64,000 nucleotides of DNA, taken from Candidatus Bathyarchaeia archaeon (GTDB lineage Archaea; Thermoproteota; Bathyarchaeia; 40CM-2-53-6). This document shows positions 1-9,909 of this stretch, in pieces. The notes under the pieces are model-generated. The model worked only from the letters and a program-made list of their open reading frames with translations. It did no database searches and was not told the origin of the DNA. Position 1 is the stretch's first letter. Every line of letters begins with the position of its first letter. The position numbers were made by a program, and so were the translations under genes. Where the stretch lies: assembly GCA_049513715.1 (NCBI GenBank), contig JBEKVV010000002.1:448001-512000 (forward strand), given 5' to 3'.

Positions 1-786
1 TGGAGCGGCACAAACATCGATGACCGTTGACCCCGGCGTGGGCGCCGCAACTAACCCCGCAACGATGCTAGCGAAGTCCTGTATCACAATCTCCCCAGAA
101 GAGAGATGTCTGGAACGGACCGCGGCTTGACTTCTACTGTCCAGTTTCACAACGCCCTGAATGGCATCAACGGCGGAAGCCCCCAACTCGTGAATCATCT
201 TTTCATAATCGGCCTCACGAATCTTCAAGGAGTTGATTCTTGCATAGCTTGGCAGGAATTGCAGGTTTTGGTGAAGCATCCGAAGGGCAGCGTCTCTCCC
301 AAATTCGAGTATCAGGCGTTCTACGAACCAGACCGGGTGACATGTCTGAAGTGACGCTCTTTCAACTTCAGGCAAGTTAGTCGTGTCAGCGGGCACTGTC
401 GCTGATGCGATTGAAGCAAATACCTTCTCGTATGGTTGAACATCTTTCCAACCAAGAATCTGTCTCGCTGCGTCTACTGTGGTCGAAACTTTGCGTCCTC
501 GTGCGCCGCTAACGTAGCAAAGGTACGTGAGAATTTTGAGGAAGCTGACAATGCCGTGTGACGTGCGCTCAAGTCTCGCCTTAGGCAGCGTGCGTGTGAG
601 GATGAATTCCAACCGGTTTTGGTATCTCGTTGTCTCCATGATGATTTTGTGGGCCTGACGAAGTTCGTTCGGGTCGTCGACGCCGATTTGCTCGGCTGCC
701 CTGAACAGGGCGGTTCTCTCACCCAACCCGGCGTAAGCCATCCAGCTGAGCGCCTCGATGGCTACGGCAAGAGAATCCTTCGTCAA
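1..786 (-). CDS. RsmB/NOP2 family RNA m5C methyltransferase (partial, 3' end runs off the window)
   Basis: Not in the ORF track. Manual minus-strand translation from TTG 786 is open to base 1: LTKDSLAVAIEALSWM...HPVWFVERL...YARINSLK...GEIVIQDFASIVAGLVAAPTPGSTVIDVCAAP (QD.AS and D.CAAP motifs). Confidence 0.9.
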   Translation of the reverse strand, partial: MTKDSLAVAIEALSWMAYAGLGERTALFRAAEQIGVDDPNELRQAHKIIMETTRYQNRLEFILTRTLPKARLERTSHGIVSFLKILTYLCYVSGARGRKVSTTVDAARQILGWKDVQPYEKVFASIASATVPADTTNLPEVERASLQTCHPVWFVERLILEFGRDAALRMLHQNLQFLPSYARINSLKIREADYEKMIHELGASAVDAIQGVVKLDSRSQAAVRSRHLSSGEIVIQDFASIVAGLVAAPTPGSTVIDVCAAP

Positions 787-930
787 AGTCTATCCACGTC
801 TCAGGCATTGTCTGCAGAGTTATTTGACTCTGACACGGGAGGGATCATGGTAGTTTGAGATCCGCGAAAACGAGCCTGAAACTGGCTCGCGAGCCATCAA
901 ACATCAAAGACGCCCCCTATCCCAAACAGC

Positions 931-3738
931 GTGATGTGCCGAGAAGACGCTTTTTTCCCTAATTATCAGAATCTCGTCTGCGCAAATGCAAAACTCCTAA
1001 TGTCCATCAATGAGCAAATCGCAGGTGTAGTACAGCGTCTACGACCACTGAAACCACGACCGGAATCCAAAAACCTCAAACCATTAGTACGAACTCTGCG
1101 CATCGTAGTCAGTTTTTGGGAGGCAGGGGGGACGGCTAAGACACTTGAAAGCTTCTTCACCGAAAATGCGCGGCAGGCCGCGCCTAATCACCCCGCGGGT
1201 AAGAAGCAGGGCTTAGTCTTCGTACCGTCAACCCCAAAGACTATTCCGCCCTCGTATTTGGTTTCAATCGGCTATGATGGAGATATCCGAAAATGCTTCC
1301 TTCGCCTATACGACCCAAAGTCACACAGGATCAATTTCTGGTTCGACGATTCTGGCCACAAGCCGTACTGTTATAGCAAGCAATCTGTGGCAGAACTTCA
1401 AAGGACTGACGCCGTAACGAAGAACCCAGGCTTTGACCACTTTGAAGAGGGGGAACGGTTTGATGCGTTGCGAAGCCAGTCAACCAAGGTGACCAAGATC
1501 GTCGCTAAGGATCCACTTACAATTGGTGGCAAACCCATCGGCTCTATTCGTGAATCGATCAAAGCCTGGGAAGCCGACATCAAATACGTGGAGAACTACA
1601 TCTACGACCGCCGCCTTGAGCCTGGCATGATGTATGAGCTCAAAGACGGGAAATTGTCAGCAGTTGAGTACCGACTCTCAGAGAGAGTGTCCAATGAAAT
1701 CGCAGGGATGTTTAGCGACGATTCAGAGGACTATCGCGAATTGGCTAACGAATGGATGAGGCTGCTCGAGTGTCCCGTCCCGCAATACCGTCGAGTTGCC
1801 ATTGACATTGAAGTTTTCCAAGCAGTGGAAACACGGATACCTGACCCTGAGCTGGCGGAGCTTCCAGTCATATGCGTGAGCCTCGTTGGCTCAGACGGAG
1901 CCAGCAGGGCACTGTTACTGCGAAGGACAGGAATCGAAGAAGGCCAAGGGCAGCTTTCAGCCGGAATGAAGCTAGAATTCTTTGATTCAGAAGAGGATTT
2001 ACTCATCGCACTGTTCCATGCGTTCTTGGAATATCCGATAATTGTTACGTTCAACGGTGACGATTTCGACCTGAAATACCTCTACCACCGCGCCCAACGA
2101 CTAGGATTCAAGAACGAAGAAATTCCAATTGAGATGGGTCGCGACGTCGCTTACCTGAAGTATGGAGTTCACTTGGACCTCTACAAGTTCTTCTTCAACA
2201 GGTCGATTCAGGTTTACGCTTTCGGCCAGAAGTACCGGGAGAACACGCTCGACGCTGTAGGCGAGGCATTGGTCGGTACGCAAAAGTTCGAAAGGCCAAA
2301 GTTCTCCACGGCTCCATACAAAGAACTCGCCGCTTATTGTTACAGGGACTCTGAAATCGTTCTTAGGTTGACTTCTTTCAATGATGACTTGGTCATGAAG
2401 CTGATGACTGCGCTCTCCAGGATCAGCTACATGACATTGGATGATGTCTCAAGGCAAGGTGTTTCCGGGTGGATTCGAAGCATAATGTTTTGCCACCACA
2501 GAAAACGCAACTACCTCATTCCACGGAAGGATGAGATCATTGAGGTGAAAGGGCAAACCGCAACCGAAGCAACGATCAAAGGAAAGAAGTACAAAGGCGC
2601 CATTGTTGTCGAGCCGAAACCGGGGATCCACTTCAACGTTGCCGTACTCGACTTCGCGTCCCTGTACCCATCAATCATCAAGGTGTGGAATCTCGGTTAT
2701 GAAACTGTGCGTTGCCCGCACACAGATGACTCTTGCAGAAAGAACCTCATCCCAGGAACACCGCACTGGGTGTGCAAGAAGAAACGAGGCCTCGAAAGCT
2801 TGCTCATAGGATCACTAAGAGATCTTAGGGTTAAGTGGTACAAGCCGAGGACTAAAGACCGCACTCTTCCTCAGCCCGTGCAGAACTGGTACAAGGTTGT
2901 TTCGGATGCGTTGAAAGTTGTTTTGAACGCTTCCTACGGTGTCTTCGGAGCTGACAACTTCGCACTGTACTGTCCACCTGTTGCCGAGGCCACCGCGGCC
3001 ATTGGGCGGCATATGATTACTCAAGCGTTGGATAAAGCGCGGGAGTTGTCATTGGAGGTTTTCTACGGAGACACCGACTCAATGTTTCTTGGTGGCGAAA
3101 ATAAGGACTCATTGAACAAGCTGATTGATTGGTCACGCGAGGAGCTCAAGATGGAATTGGAGATTGACAAAAACTACCGTTACCTGGCGTTAAGTTCCCG
3201 AAAGAAGAATTACTTCGGCGTTAAGCCTGACGGGAGTGTTGATATCAAAGGCCTTACTGGGAAGAAGAGGCATATTCCAGAATTCCTCCACGGCGCATTT
3301 TACCAAATGGTCTCTGTATTAAGCCAGGCAAATACTCCTGAGGATATTGAGGCCGCGAAAGCGAAGGTTACAGACATTGTGAAACAATCCTACGTCAAGC
3401 TTAGGAACAAGGAGTATTCGCTTGATGAGCTGGCGTTTTCGATGATGATGAGTCGAACGCCAGAAAACTACACGAAAACTACACCACAGCACGTGAAGGC
3501 GGCGCGCCAATTGCAACAAGCGGGAACAGAAATGAAGCCGGGTGACATTGTCTCATTTGTGAAGGTTCGAGGAGAACTCGGAGTCAAACCGGTCCAATTG
3601 GCCAAGCTCGAGGAAGTCGACAGCGAAAAATACATCGAATATATCCGCGGAACATTCGAACAGGTACTGGATGCGTTGGGCGTGGAATTTGAAGACCTCG
3701 CTGGGGTTAAGAAGCTCGAATCTTTCTTCACAGGATGA
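931..3738 (+). CDS. polB: Family B DNA polymerase, crenarchaeal PolB1 type (true start probably downstream, ~1000-1132)
   Basis: Exo motifs IDIE, FNGDDFD, YCYRDS; polymerase motifs DFASLYPSII, KVVLNASYG, YGDTDS, KKNY; C-terminal PIP-like KKLESFF. Confidence 0.97.
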   Translation: MMCREDAFFPNYQNLVCANAKLLMSINEQIAGVVQRLRPLKPRPESKNLKPLVRTLRIVVSFWEAGGTAKTLESFFTENARQAAPNHPAGKKQGLVFVPSTPKTIPPSYLVSIGYDGDIRKCFLRLYDPKSHRINFWFDDSGHKPYCYSKQSVAELQRTDAVTKNPGFDHFEEGERFDALRSQSTKVTKIVAKDPLTIGGKPIGSIRESIKAWEADIKYVENYIYDRRLEPGMMYELKDGKLSAVEYRLSERVSNEIAGMFSDDSEDYRELANEWMRLLECPVPQYRRVAIDIEVFQAVETRIPDPELAELPVICVSLVGSDGASRALLLRRTGIEEGQGQLSAGMKLEFFDSEEDLLIALFHAFLEYPIIVTFNGDDFDLKYLYHRAQRLGFKNEEIPIEMGRDVAYLKYGVHLDLYKFFFNRSIQVYAFGQKYRENTLDAVGEALVGTQKFERPKFSTAPYKELAAYCYRDSEIVLRLTSFNDDLVMKLMTALSRISYMTLDDVSRQGVSGWIRSIMFCHHRKRNYLIPRKDEIIEVKGQTATEATIKGKKYKGAIVVEPKPGIHFNVAVLDFASLYPSIIKVWNLGYETVRCPHTDDSCRKNLIPGTPHWVCKKKRGLESLLIGSLRDLRVKWYKPRTKDRTLPQPVQNWYKVVSDALKVVLNASYGVFGADNFALYCPPVAEATAAIGRHMITQALDKARELSLEVFYGDTDSMFLGGENKDSLNKLIDWSREELKMELEIDKNYRYLALSSRKKNYFGVKPDGSVDIKGLTGKKRHIPEFLHGAFYQMVSVLSQANTPEDIEAAKAKVTDIVKQSYVKLRNKEYSLDELAFSMMMSRTPENYTKTTPQHVKAARQLQQAGTEMKPGDIVSFVKVRGELGVKPVQLAKLEEVDSEKYIEYIRGTFEQVLDALGVEFEDLAGVKKLESFFTG

Positions 3739-4532
3739 AACCGCATGACGCTCAGTCGAACGCAGGTCTGGAGATTTCATCGTTGATTCAAATCATTGGG
3801 CTTAGTAAGATTCCGATAGTCACGAAAGGGGACAACATTGCTGACTGCATCGTGAAGGCCGCCAAAGCAGAGGGCGTTCAGATCCAGAGTCGTGACGTGG
3901 TAGTGGTCGCGCAGAAGATCGTATCTAAGTCTGAAGGCAGAGTTGTGAGGTTAAAATCATTGAAACCCTCGACGCTGGCGGAAAACATCGCAAAGAGAAC
4001 AGGTAAGGACCCGCATCATGTTGAAGCCATTCTCCGAGAGACTTCCGGCATCGTACGACTCAAAGGGCCGCACATCATTGTTCAAACCCGTCATGGGTTT
4101 GTTTGTGCGAATGCCGGTGTGGACCGATCGAACGTTGGCGATGATGATGGTTTCGCAGTAATGCTGCCCGTGGACCCTGACAGGTCGGCCCGTCGAATCA
4201 GGCAGCGGATAGGGAGATTGTTGGGGGTGGATGTGGCTGTGATTATTTCGGACACGTTCGGCCGGGCATGGAGGATAGGCCAGGTCAATGTCGCCGTTGG
4301 CGTGGACGGGCTGAAGCCCACCCTGGATTACCGTGGCCGAGGGGACATGTTCGGCAAGGAACTTAACGTAACCCAGATGGCTGTGGCAGACGAGTTTGCT
4401 TCCGCTGCCGAGCTGGTAATGAGGAAGAGCGATGGAGTCCCTGTGGCAATCATCAGAGGGGCCAAGTATTCGAGAGGAAAAGGGACTGCAAGGGACCTGG
4501 TGAGGCCTGAGGAAGAGGATCTATTCCGGTAG
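3735..4532 (+). CDS. cofE: Coenzyme F420-0:L-glutamate ligase
   Basis: QKIVSKSEG, ANAGVDRSN, LPVDPD.SA, ISDTFGRAWR, ADEFASAA, C-terminal DLFR. Confidence 0.93.
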   Translation: MKPHDAQSNAGLEISSLIQIIGLSKIPIVTKGDNIADCIVKAAKAEGVQIQSRDVVVVAQKIVSKSEGRVVRLKSLKPSTLAENIAKRTGKDPHHVEAILRETSGIVRLKGPHIIVQTRHGFVCANAGVDRSNVGDDDGFAVMLPVDPDRSARRIRQRIGRLLGVDVAVIISDTFGRAWRIGQVNVAVGVDGLKPTLDYRGRGDMFGKELNVTQMAVADEFASAAELVMRKSDGVPVAIIRGAKYSRGKGTARDLVRPEEEDLFR

Positions 4533-4577
4533 TGAGACCTCAATCCGAGTGTTCGCAAACTTAATTATGGTTAACCT

Positions 4578-5312
4578 TTGTTTCTAGCGAAAACGGTGTT
4601 CTTCATGGAATCGGTCAAGCCACCCGTGCCCGTGCATGTTGAGGACATGTTGAGCTTTGCTAGGTTGGCATTAGCGCTAACGGAAGGGTCACAGATACTC
4701 TGGTACTTCAAGCACAAGGGAAAGAACATCGTCGGGCTTTTCACAGCTTACATGTACTGGGACGGGGATATTCCAATCTTAGCCTACACTGTCTCCGACG
4801 CCCCGCCGAAGGCGTTCCTAGCCTACCGTAGCGATTCCGTGAAGGGCGAGGAGTGGATGTTCACCAACGAAGCCGGCGACACCCGATTCCGGTATGCATC
4901 CTTCGTTGATCTGAAAACGATTCCAGAGGCCTTCGCTGAAAGCCTGGATGGGAAGTTTCCGGAAGTCGGGCCCCCCATGCTCGCGCAGGTTGAAGACGTC
5001 AAATCCATCGTACGCGTCCTCCTGCCCCTCTCGATAAGGGAGGGAACACTGTTTCCATTGTGGCATTTCACGAGGGGAAAGAAACACATCCTCGGCACAT
5101 GCATTCCATTTGAACATTACTACGACGCCGATGCTCTGCCAGTCTTCTTCTACGTCTCGCAGGACGAACCACCGCCGTCGCAGGGTTTCGTGAAATACAT
5201 CGCGGTAAAACCAGACGGTGAGAAGGTCGATTACGTGAACAACACAAGCGATGCCAAATACTTCTACGCCAAGGTCGTGCCCATCAAGGACATGCCGATC
5301 TTCCCCAAGTAA
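4578..5312 (+). CDS. Conserved hypothetical protein with two tandem homologous domains (start possibly ATG 4605)
   Basis: Long ORF; the two halves align (VEDMLSFAR/VEDVKSIVR, LWYF/LWHF, PILAY/PVFFY, RYASFVDLK/FYAKVVPIK). Confidence 0.8.
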   Translation: MFLAKTVFFMESVKPPVPVHVEDMLSFARLALALTEGSQILWYFKHKGKNIVGLFTAYMYWDGDIPILAYTVSDAPPKAFLAYRSDSVKGEEWMFTNEAGDTRFRYASFVDLKTIPEAFAESLDGKFPEVGPPMLAQVEDVKSIVRVLLPLSIREGTLFPLWHFTRGKKHILGTCIPFEHYYDADALPVFFYVSQDEPPPSQGFVKYIAVKPDGEKVDYVNNTSDAKYFYAKVVPIKDMPIFPK

Positions 5313-5366
5313 CCCGACCACACTCGCTTCTCTCAACCTCACGATTCGAGCATTTTATTAGACAAA

Positions 5367-6149
5367 GTGAGCAGTCCGCATAGAGGTCGCCAAGTGTCCT
5401 TTGAAGCGAGCGTTCGGAAAGCCTCGGAACAAAACAACAGCAGAATAGTTCTTGCATTAGATCTTGAAAGCCCTGCCGTGAGCCAGCTGGCGTCTAAGAG
5501 TGAAGAGGTTCTTCGCAAGGCGAGCCACTATATCTGCGCAGTGAAAATTAACAGACAACTGGTGTTGGCTTTGGGCCTTCGGAACGGCGTGGACAGGCTT
5601 GTGAAGGTCGCCCATGACCTTTCGCTGCCCGCCATAATGGATGCAAAATTGAATGATGTTGGTCATACGAACGAATTTATGATGCGGTCCTTCTTGGAAG
5701 CGGGATTTGATGCAGTCATCGCCAGCCCTGTCGCGGGATGGGAGAATGGTCTCGACTCAGTTTTCAAGCTGGCCAACGCTACTGGAAAGGCGGTAATCTT
5801 GCTCATATACATGAGCAACCCGGGCGCTGAAGAATTCTACTCACTTATGGTTCGTCAGAGTGACGGGGGGACGAGACCCATGTTTGAGCTCCTAGTCGAG
5901 AAGGCAATTGAATGGAAGGCCCATGGGGCCATTGTGGGTGCCACCAAGCCGCAGGTCATAACACGGGTCCGTGAACTGGTGGGGCCGAGCTTGCGGATTT
6001 ACTGTCCAGGTGTGGGAGTTCAAGGTGGGGATGCAAGAAAGGCGCTCGATGCTGGTGCGGATTATTTGATTGTGGGTAGGTCTATCTACGACTCCACCGA
6101 CCCCGCCAAAGCAGCAAGAGGATATCGGGACGCATCCAGGGTCGTTTGA
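5367..6149 (+). CDS. pyrF: Orotidine-5'-phosphate decarboxylase
   Basis: LALD, DAKLNDVGHT (DxKxxD), MSNP, VGAT, PGVGVQGG, IVGRSIY. Confidence 0.95.
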   Translation: MSSPHRGRQVSFEASVRKASEQNNSRIVLALDLESPAVSQLASKSEEVLRKASHYICAVKINRQLVLALGLRNGVDRLVKVAHDLSLPAIMDAKLNDVGHTNEFMMRSFLEAGFDAVIASPVAGWENGLDSVFKLANATGKAVILLIYMSNPGAEEFYSLMVRQSDGGTRPMFELLVEKAIEWKAHGAIVGATKPQVITRVRELVGPSLRIYCPGVGVQGGDARKALDAGADYLIVGRSIYDSTDPAKAARGYRDASRVV

Positions 6150-6305
6150 GTTGCCATACTCAAAGGATGTCTATGTGGTCTTTACCCTCAGAGACGGACC
6201 GCTTCGAGCCATCAGCATGCTTGACATGCATTTTGTTAGGTCATGTCCAATCGAAGACCAAGATTTTTATTCACCCAAGATTGTAGGCGTGAGGCGTGAT
6301 TTCTG

Positions 6306-6644
6306 ATGGGTGGGGCAAAAAAGAAGAGCTTAGCTCAGATGGAGAAGCAGCAGGATCAGCAAGATACCGGCAAGAAACCCGAGCCGGGCAAGAAAGAGAA
6401 GGGGAAAGGCAAGACTGTAGCCGAAAAGAGGGCTCCTGGGATTAGCCTTCCAAATTTCGACGATCCCAAGTTTGTCGGTGACCTCTCAAAGCTTGGAGCA
6501 TTAACACCGTACTCCATCGCATCACAGTTCAACGTTCGCCTGAGTGTGGCGAGAGACATACTCGAAGAGCTTGAGCGGCGCCGAATCGTCAAGTCCGCCG
6601 GCGGCAACACCCGAATCAAAATCTACCGGCTAGCCGCTGCCTAG
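6306..6644 (+). CDS. rps25e: 30S ribosomal protein S25e
   Basis: MGGAKKKS start, Lys-rich N-terminus, winged-helix TPYSIASQFNVRLSVARDILEEL...IKIY. Confidence 0.9.
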   Translation: MGGAKKKSLAQMEKQQDQQDTGKKPEPGKKEKGKGKTVAEKRAPGISLPNFDDPKFVGDLSKLGALTPYSIASQFNVRLSVARDILEELERRRIVKSAGGNTRIKIYRLAAA

Positions 6645-7051
6645 ACTTTTTCGACCCTAATTTTCGTCCCGCTTTTCAACGTCCGGAACATTTCGAGGTT
6701 CGATGTTATCTTTCCAACCACATTCACCGGGCTGTACGGCTCAGTGGGCCCATAGAAGATGCACAGCGCGGAGCCCATCGGCCAATAAGCCATCGTGCCT
6801 ACCTCAACCTTGCTTTTCGCTTTCTCAGTACCTTGTTTGACAGGTGTTTCAAAGTAGACTTCTTCCTTCCATCTTGCGGCTCGGCCTTCGAAGGGTAACG
6901 CTTTCGCTAGATTGTCAACTGTCATGGGGCTAGTGAAGCGAATCAATTCGCCCTCAGCTTCACCGTGGCCTTCCGCGATTAGCCGCACCTTGTGGCGTGT
7001 AACGTCTATTTCTGGAGGTTTTGTTTCATTAAGCGGAGTTGTAGCGCTCAT
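6641..7051 (-). CDS. Cyclophilin-like fold protein (DUF369/TM1367-like)
   Basis: LPFEG.A.RW.EEVYF and G.MAYWPMGSALCIFYG.T...SPVNVVG. Confidence 0.85.
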   Translation of the reverse strand: MSATTPLNETKPPEIDVTRHKVRLIAEGHGEAEGELIRFTSPMTVDNLAKALPFEGRAARWKEEVYFETPVKQGTEKAKSKVEVGTMAYWPMGSALCIFYGPTEPYSPVNVVGKITSNLEMFRTLKSGTKIRVEKV

Positions 7052-7183
7052 GTGAATTCCCCGTTGAGAACTGTCTGAATGTGGAGCTGGGCGTTAAAAA
7101 GTTGGATGTGTTGGTCTTCACTCTCGTAAGGGTTGTTCGTTTCTATGATTTTCTGGCAAAAAGGATAACTACTGCGCATTTGG

Positions 7184-8545
7184 TTGGGCGACCGAGGGAA
7201 CCCACCAATGATGACAGGCAAGATGCGTACCGTGATCATGGGCGCTGCTGGTCGAGACTTTCATAATTTCAATGTCTACTTCCGGAACAAACCGGAATAC
7301 GAGGTGGTGGCCTTTACTGCAACACAGATACCTGGGATTGAAGGAAGAACATACCCGCCGACGTTATCGGGCCCGCTGTACCCAAACGGCATCCCAATTC
7401 TTCCTGAAGATGACCTTCCAAGAATCATTAAGGAAAAGGACATCGATTTGGTCGTTTTAGCTTACAGCGACCTATCAAATGATAATGTCATGCATAAGGC
7501 CTCGTTAGTTCTCGCTTGTGGCGCGGATTTCCGTCTGATGGGCCCCAAGACCACGATGGTCAAGTCGAAACTTCCAGTAGTGTCCGTGTGCGCGGTTAGA
7601 ACTGGTGCAGGCAAAAGCACTGTTTCACGCGCTGTCTCACGCACCCTCAAAGACATGCTTGGCAGAGTTGTTGTCATTCGGCATCCGATGCCCTATGGGG
7701 TTCTCTCGGATGAAGTGTGTGAACGCTTCGCCACTTATGATGATTTGAAGAAGTATGAATGCACGATTGAGGAGCGTGAAGAATACGAGCCTCACATTGA
7801 CATAGGCAATATCGTCTACGCAGGGGTGGATTATGAGAAGATTCTGCAAGAAGCGGAGAAAGAGGCAGACGTGATTCTGTGGGACGGCGGAAACAACGAC
7901 CTACCGTTCTACAAACCTGACTTGCAGATCGTAGTCGTTGACCCGTTTCGTCCAGGGGACGAGCTTGGATACTACCCAGGCGAAGCGAACGTGAGAATGG
8001 CGGATGTTGTTGTGATTAACAAGGTTGACACGGCGCCCCGCGAAGGAATCCAAACTGTCCGAAAGAACGTGAAAATGTTGAGGCCCGACGCGAAGATTGT
8101 CGAGGCGGCATCAGAGATTCGCGTAGAGGATTCGAAACAGATTAGGGGAAAGAGGGTTGTTGCGATTGAAGACGGCCCAACCGTCACTCACGGAGGAATG
8201 AAGGAAGGTGTTGGCGCAATTGCCGCACGAAAGTTCGGGGCGAAAGAGCTGATCAACCCTCGGAAGTACGCGGTCGGCTCGATCAAACGCACGTACGAAA
8301 AATACCCTCACCTCGGAAAAGTCCTGCCGGCAATGGGCTACGGTGCAAAGCAAATTAAGGAGCTGGAGCAGACGATCGACGCGGTCAAGTGCGACTTGCT
8401 CGTGATGGGCACTCCAATCGATTTGAGGAGAGTAATGACCCTCTCGAAGCCCGCTGTGCGCGTTCAGTACGACATCAAAGAAACTACGAAACCTACGCTA
8501 GACCAGATTCTCCGCTCAACTCCGATTCTGGCCAGGTCACGTTAG
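7184..8545 (+). CDS. COG2403 P-loop protein (cDPG synthetase-like), likely arginine synthetase ArcE; start probably ~7208-7223
   Basis: GAAGRDFHNFN, AFTATQIP, AYSD, P-loop AVRTGAGKS, RHPMPYG, TIEEREEYE, WDGGNND, EDGPTVTHGGM, LPAMGY. Confidence 0.85.
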   Translation: MGDRGNPPMMTGKMRTVIMGAAGRDFHNFNVYFRNKPEYEVVAFTATQIPGIEGRTYPPTLSGPLYPNGIPILPEDDLPRIIKEKDIDLVVLAYSDLSNDNVMHKASLVLACGADFRLMGPKTTMVKSKLPVVSVCAVRTGAGKSTVSRAVSRTLKDMLGRVVVIRHPMPYGVLSDEVCERFATYDDLKKYECTIEEREEYEPHIDIGNIVYAGVDYEKILQEAEKEADVILWDGGNNDLPFYKPDLQIVVVDPFRPGDELGYYPGEANVRMADVVVINKVDTAPREGIQTVRKNVKMLRPDAKIVEAASEIRVEDSKQIRGKRVVAIEDGPTVTHGGMKEGVGAIAARKFGAKELINPRKYAVGSIKRTYEKYPHLGKVLPAMGYGAKQIKELEQTIDAVKCDLLVMGTPIDLRRVMTLSKPAVRVQYDIKETTKPTLDQILRSTPILARSR

Positions 8546-9655
8546 AACGCGTTTCAAAGTATCGAAGATGTAGTCCAGCTCAGGCTCGGCGAGCTTAGAG
8601 TGAATTGGCACCGAGAAGACCTGCCTGCAGGCTTTCTCTGTTTCAGGTAGGGGGCGATGTGCCGTGGCTCGCTCACGGTAGAGAGGCAGCAGATGCAAAG
8701 GCGATTCGTAGTAGACCCCGGCCTCAATATTTTTCGACCGAAGTTTCTCAATGACTTTGTTCCGCTTGCCCGCATTAGCTCCGCGCAATCGAAGGGTGTA
8801 CAAGTACCATGCATGCTTTCGCCCCTCCGGCTCTTTGGGCGGGATCACTTTACCGAGAACTCCTAGTTTTTGGCTGAGGAATTGCGCGTTCTTTCTTCTC
8901 CGGTCTAGGAATGATGGAAGTTTCCTGAGTTGCGCGAGCCCGATGGCAGCAAGGAGTTCACTCATGCGGTAATTATGGCCCATCATCGTCGGCCAGTACG
9001 GCCGTTGCTCACCATGTGTTCGAATTGAGCGAAGCTTCTCGGAGTTGTCGTCATCGTTTGTTGTGACCATTCCTCCCTCACCCGTTGTCATGTTCTTTCC
9101 CGCGTAGAAGCTGAAACAGGTCATGTCGCCAATTGAACCAATCTTCTGGCCGCGGTACTCGGCGCCGTGGGCTTGCGCCGCATCCTCAATCAACGTGACC
9201 CCCCGTTCCCTTGCAAGCTTCTTGATGGGGTCAAGATCTGCTGGTAACCCGTACAAATGAACGGGCATGACGGCCTTGGTGTTCCGTGTCATTGCGCTTT
9301 CAATGGTTTCGGCTGTGATCGTGTAAGTGTCGGGGTCGATGTCAGTGAATACTGGTTCTGCTCCCGCCAGCAGGACCATCTCAGCTGTTGAATGGAAAGT
9401 GAAAGAGGGAACTATGACTTCGTCGCCGGGCTTGACCCCGGCTACTAGGAGGCTTGCGTGGAGAGCGGCTGTTCCACTGGTCATCGCAATCGCATGTCTG
9501 GCGCCGACATATTTGGCGTACTCCTTCTCGAACTCTAATACGCGCGGGCCCATGCCGCTTTTTTCGGTCAGGATGCCGCTTTTCAAAACTTCAGTGGCTG
9601 CGTCGATCTCTTCCTTCCCAATGTTGGGTTGATTGATTCGAATTAAGTCGCGCAT
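8537..9655 (-). CDS. DegT/DnrJ/EryC1/StrS PLP-dependent sugar aminotransferase
   Basis: SGTAALH, PSFTF, PVHLYG, IEDAAQAHGA, FSFYAGKNMTTGEGG, GHNYRM. Confidence 0.95.
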   Translation of the reverse strand: MRDLIRINQPNIGKEEIDAATEVLKSGILTEKSGMGPRVLEFEKEYAKYVGARHAIAMTSGTAALHASLLVAGVKPGDEVIVPSFTFHSTAEMVLLAGAEPVFTDIDPDTYTITAETIESAMTRNTKAVMPVHLYGLPADLDPIKKLARERGVTLIEDAAQAHGAEYRGQKIGSIGDMTCFSFYAGKNMTTGEGGMVTTNDDDNSEKLRSIRTHGEQRPYWPTMMGHNYRMSELLAAIGLAQLRKLPSFLDRRRKNAQFLSQKLGVLGKVIPPKEPEGRKHAWYLYTLRLRGANAGKRNKVIEKLRSKNIEAGVYYESPLHLLPLYRERATAHRPLPETEKACRQVFSVPIHSKLAEPELDYIFDTLKRVLT

Positions 9656-9909
9656 AATGATTGACTCGCGTCAGATTTGGTTGACTACGTGGATGTGGCT
9701 CTAAAAGGGTTTCTGGGAAGAGTCCATCTAGCGACGCGTTTCCCATAGATCAAAAGAGGAATGACTTGCTGATGCCACAAAGATGGTTGGAGGAAATCGT
9801 TTGGGGACGAGGCATGGAGCTATTTCATGCGGTCGCTGCTTTCGAGGCTCTACGTGACTGGTAGCCGCACTGTTGATGAGGGATTGCTCAGCGGCTCTTT
9901 TCGGGGCAA

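Noticed and set aside
106..858. ORF-track entries 106-354(+), 474-722(-), 619-858(+)
   Set aside because: Shadow frames of the minus-strand RsmB/NOP gene.
931..1131. N-terminal extension of PolB in the ORF track
   Set aside because: No polymerase-like features; probably promoter/UTR read in frame, although ATG 1000 cannot be excluded.
9771..9864. 30-codon ORF (MPQRWLEE...) and a TGATGA box-C-like word nearby
   Set aside because: No motif, and no suitably placed CTGA box D.
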